From assembly GCA_032718475.1 (NCBI GenBank), contig JAUCBJ010007020.1, forward strand, positions 1 to 55,535: 55,535 nucleotides of DNA. The letters run 5' to 3'. The translations under genes and the position numbers were made by a program. Each line of letters opens with the position of its first letter. Positions within the stretch are counted from its first letter, which is position 1. Below are positions 50,801 through 55,535 of this stretch, one piece after another. This DNA is from Nemertoderma westbladi (taxonomy: Eukaryota > Animalia > Xenacoelomorpha). Under the pieces are notes generated by a model. It was not told the origin of the DNA and did not search any database. It was given only the letters and a program-made list of their open reading frames with translations.

Positions 50801-53800
50801 AAGGTGGTTTAACCCTATTGAGAGATGAAGGTGGTCTAACACTATTGAGAGGTGAAAGTGGTCTAACACTATTGCGAGATGAAGGTGGTCTAACACTATT
50901 GAGAGATGAAGGTGGTCTAACACTATTGAGAGATGAAGGTGGTCTAACACTATTGAGAGAGGAAGGTGGTCTAACACTATTGAGAGGTGAAGGTGGTCTA
51001 ACACTATTGCGAGATGAAGGTGGTCTAACACTATTGAGAGGTGAAGGTGGTCTAACACTATTGAGAGGTGAAGGTGGTTTAACCCTATTGAGAGATGAAG
51101 GTGGTCTAACACTATTGAGAGATGAAGGTGGTCTAACACTATTGAGAGATGAAGGTGGTCTAACACTATTGAGAGAGGAAGGTGGTCTAACACTATTGAG
51201 AGGTGAAGGTGGTCTAACCCTATTGAGAGATGAAGGTGGTCTAACACTATTGAGAGATGAAGGTGGTCTAACACTATTGAGAGGTGAAGGTGGTTTAACC
51301 CTATTGAGAGATGAAGGTGGTCTAACACTATTGAGAGATGAAGGTGGTCTAACACTATTGAGAGATGAAGGTGGTCTAACACTATTGAGAGAGGAAGGTG
51401 GTCTAACACTATTGAGAGGTGAAGGTGGTCTAACCCTATTGAGAGGTGAAGGTGGTCTAACACTATTGAGAGGTGAAGGTGGTCTAACCCTATTGAGAGG
51501 TGAAGGTGGTCTAACACTATTGAGAGATGAAGGTGGTCTAACACTATTGAGAGGTGAAGGTGGTCTAACACTATTGAGAGATGAAGGTGGTCTAACACTA
51601 TTGAGAGATGAAGGTGGTCTAACACTATTGAGAGATGAAGGTGGTCTAACACTATTGAGAGGTGAAGGTGGTCTAACCCTATTGAGAGATGAAGGTGGTC
51701 TAACCCTATTGAGAGATGAAGGTGGTCTAACACTATTGAGAGATGAAGGTGGTCTAACACTATTGAGAGATGAAGGTGGTCTAACACTATTGAGAGGTGA
51801 AGGTGGTCTAACCCTATTGAGAGATGAAGGTGGTCTAACCCTATTGAGAGATGAAGGTGGTCTAACCCTATTGAGAGATGAAGGTGGTCTAACACTATTG
51901 AGAGATGAAGGTGGTCTAACACTATTGAGAGATGAAGGTGGTCTAACACTATTGAGAGATGAAGGTGGTCTAACACTATTGAGAGATGAAGGTGGTCTAA
52001 CACTATTGAGAGATGAAGGTGGTCTAACACTATTGAGAGGTGAAGGTGGTCTAACACTATTGAGAGATGAAGGTGGTCTAACACTATTGAGAGAGGAAGG
52101 TGGTCTAACACTATTGAGAGATGAAGGTGGTCTAACACTATTGAGAGATGAAGGTGGTCTAACACTATTGAGAGGTGAAGGTGGTCTAACCCTATTGAGA
52201 GATGAAGGTGGTCTAACACTATTGAGAGATGAAGGTGGTCTAACACTATTGAGAGATTAAGGTGGTCTAACACTATTGAGAGAGGAAGGTGGTCTAACAC
52301 TATTGAGAGAGGAAGGTGGTCTAACACTATTGAGAGGTGAAGGTGGTCTAACACTATTGAGAGATGAAGGTGGTCTAACACTATTGAGAGATGTAGGTGG
52401 TCTAACACTATTGAGAGATGAAGGTGGTCTAACACTATTGAGATGTGAAGGTGGTCTAACACTATTGAGAGATGAAGGTGGTCTAACACTATTGAGAGAT
52501 GAAGGTGGTCTAACACTATTGAGAGATGAAGGTGGTCTAACACTATTGAGAGAGGAAGGTGGTCTAACACTATTGAGAGAGGAAGGTGGTCTAACACTAT
52601 TGAGAGGTGAAGGTGGTCTAACACTATTGAGAGATGAAGGTGGTCTAACACTATTGAGAGATGAAGGTGGTCTAACACTATTGAGAGGTGAAGGTGGTCT
52701 AACACTATTGAGAGATGAAGGTGGTCTAACACTATTGAGAGATGAAGGTGGTCTAACACTATTGAGAGATGAAGGTGGTCTAACACTATTGAGATGTGAA
52801 GGTGGTCTAACACTATTGAGAGATGAAGGTGGTCTAACACTATTGAGAGATGAAGGTGGTCTAACACTATTGAGAGAGGAAGGTGGTCTAACACTATTGA
52901 GAGAGGAAGGTGGTCTAACACTATTGAGAGAGGAAGGTGGTCTAACACTATTGAGAGATGAAGGTGGTCTAACACTATTGAGAGATGAAGATGGTCTAAC
53001 ACTATTGAGATAGGAAGGTGGTCTAACACTATTGAGAGATGAAGGTGGTCTAACACTATTGAGAGGTGAAGGTGGTCTAACACTATTGAGAGGTGAAGGT
53101 GGTCTAACACTATTGAGAGGTGAAGGTGGTCTAACACTATTGAGAGATGAAGGTGGTCTAACACTATTGAGAGATGAAGGTGGTCTAACACTATTGAGAG
53201 ATGAAGGTGGTCTAACACTATTGAGAGATGAAGGTGGTCTAACACTATTGAGAGATGAAGATGGTCTAACACTATTGAGATAGGAAGGTGGTCTAACACT
53301 ATTGAGAGATGAAGGTGGTCTAACACTATTGAGAGATGAAGGTGGTCTAACACTATTGAGAGGTGAAGGTGGTCTAACACTATTGAGAGGTGAAGGTGGT
53401 CTAACACTATTGAGAGGTGAAGGTGGTCTAACACTATTGAGAGATGAAGGTGGTCTAACACTATTGAGAGATGAAGGTGGTCTAACACTATTGAGAGGTG
53501 AAGGTGGTCTAACACTATTGAGAGATGAAGGTGGTCTAACACTATTGAGAGATGAAGATGGTCTAACACTATTGAGATAGGAAGGTGGTCTAACACTATT
53601 GAGAGAGGAAGGTGGTCTAACACTATTGAGAGAGGAAGGTGGTCTAACACTATTGAGAGATGAAGGTGGTCTAACACTATTGAGAGATGAAGATGGTCTA
53701 ACACTATTGAGATAGGAAGGTGGTCTAACACTATTGAGAGATGAAGGTGGTCTAACACTATTGAGAGGTGAAGGTGGTCTAACACTATTGAGAGATGAAG

Positions 53801-55535
53801 GTGGTCTAACACTATTGAGAGGTGAAGGTGGTCTAACACTATTGAGAGGTGAAGGTGGTCTAACACTATTGAGAGGTGAAGGTGGTCTAACACTATTGAG
53901 AGATGAAGGTGGTCTAACACTATTGAGAGGTGAAGGTGGTCTAACACTATTGAGAGATGAAGGTGGTCTAACACTATTGAGAGATGAAGGTAGTCTAACA
54001 CTATTGAGAGATGAAGATGGTCTAACACTATTGAGATAGGAAGGTGGTCTAACACTATTGAGAGATGAAGGTGGTCTAACACTATTGAGAGGTGAAGGTG
54101 GTCTAACACTATTGAGAGGTGAAGGTGGTCTAACACTATTGAGAGATGAAGGTGGCCTAACACTATTGAGAGATGAAGGTGGTCTAACACTATTGAGAGA
54201 TGAAGGTGGTCTAACACTATTGAGTGAGGAAGGTGGTCTAACACTATTGAGTGAGGAAGGTGGTCTAACACTATTGAGTGAGGAAGGTGGTCTAACACTA
54301 TTGAGAGATGGAGGTGGTCTAACACTATTGAGAGGTGAAGGTGGTCTAACACTATTGAGAGATGAAGGTGGTCTAACACTATTGAGAGATGAAGGTGGTC
54401 TAACACTATTGAGAGGTGAAGGTGGTCTAACACTATTGAGAGGTGAAGGTGGTCTAACACTATTGAGAGATGAAGGTGGTCTAACACTATTGCGAGATGA
54501 AGGTGGTCTAACACTATTGAGAGGTGAAGGTGGTCTAACACTATTGAGAGATGAAGGTGGTCTAACACTATTGAGAGATGAAGGTGGTCTAACACTATTG
54601 AGAGGTGAAGGTGGTCTAACACTATTGAGAGATGAAGGTGGTCTAACACTATTGAGAGGTGAAGGTGGTCTAACACTATTGAGAGGTGAAGGTGGTCTAA
54701 CACTATTGAGAGATGAAGGTGGTCTAACACTATTGAGAGGTGAAGGTGGTCTAACACTATTGAGAGATGAAGGTGGTCTAACACTATTGAGATATGAAGG
54801 TGGTCTAACACTATTGAGAGATGAAGGTGGTCTAACACTATTGAGAGATGAAGGTGGTCTAACACTATTGAGAGATGAAGGTGGTCTAACACTATTGAAA
54901 GAGGAAGGTGGTCTAACACTATTGAGAGATGAAGGTGGTCTAACACTATTGAGAGAGGAAGGTGGTCTAACACTATTGAGAGATGAAGGTGGTCTAACAC
55001 TATTGAGAGAGGAAGGTGGTCTAACACTATTGAGAGATGAAGGTGGTCTAACACTATTGAGAGAGGAAGGTGGTCTAACACTATTGAGAGATGAAGGTGG
55101 TCTAACACTATTGAGAGGTGAAGGTGGTCTAACCCTATTGAGAGATGAAGGTGGTCTAACACTATTGAGAGATGAAGGTGGTCTAACACTATTGAGAGAT
55201 GAAGGTGGTCTAACACTATTGAGAGATGAAGGTGGTATAACACTATTGAGAGATGAAGGTGGTCTAACACTATTGAGAGATGAAGGTGGTCTAACACTAT
55301 TGAGAGGTGAAGGTGGTATAACACTATTGAGAGATGAAGGTGGTCTAACACTATTGAGAGATGAAGGTGGTCTAACACTATTGAGAGATGAAGGTGGTCT
55401 AACACTATTGAGAGGTGAAGGTGGTCTAACACTATTGAGAGAGGAAGGTGGTCTAACACTATTGAGAGATGAAGGTGGTCTAACACTATTGAGAGATGAA
55501 GGTGGTCTAACACTATTGAGAGGTGAAGGTGGTAT
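47806..55535. repeat. 27-bp tandem repeat (gaaggtggtctaacactattgagagat), about 286 copies, running off the window; intronic to NDUFS7
   Basis: Directly visible with no indels. The rare variant gagattaagg near 50066 and 52253 marks a 2187-bp (81-unit) higher-order duplication. Confidence 0.98.

Overview
Repeat-rich eukaryotic (invertebrate-like metazoan) genomic window. Host genes are an intronless CDK11/PITSLRE kinase CDS (minus strand, 10551-12752) and the first coding exon of NDUFS7 (46169-46588), whose intron holds a >7.7-kb 27-bp tandem array. Most of the rest is transposons and minisatellites. The centrepiece is a 16-kb BEL/Pao LTR retrotransposon (23308-39284; about 99% identical LTRs; TATGG target-site duplication) with several unusual traits. 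It has no tRNA primer-binding site; instead the sequence abutting the 5' LTR is complementary to a segment inside the LTR (Tf1-like self-priming candidate). Its 2.4-kb leader contains two tandem 290-bp G.U-rich rod-like RNA hairpins capped by a non-canonical hammerhead-like junction. Phase-0 splice donors cluster at the end of gag. A 3-kb post-pol region carries duplicated pseudoknot-like motifs and a decayed extra ORF. Also present: a solo LTR of the same family nested in an IS3EU-like element that splits an RTE-like LINE remnant; Academ-like, Ginger-like, MULE-like and TA-flanked non-autonomous TIR elements; a tRNA-derived SINE; and three large tandem arrays with higher-order duplications. 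All calls were made by eye, with no database searches or folding programs.
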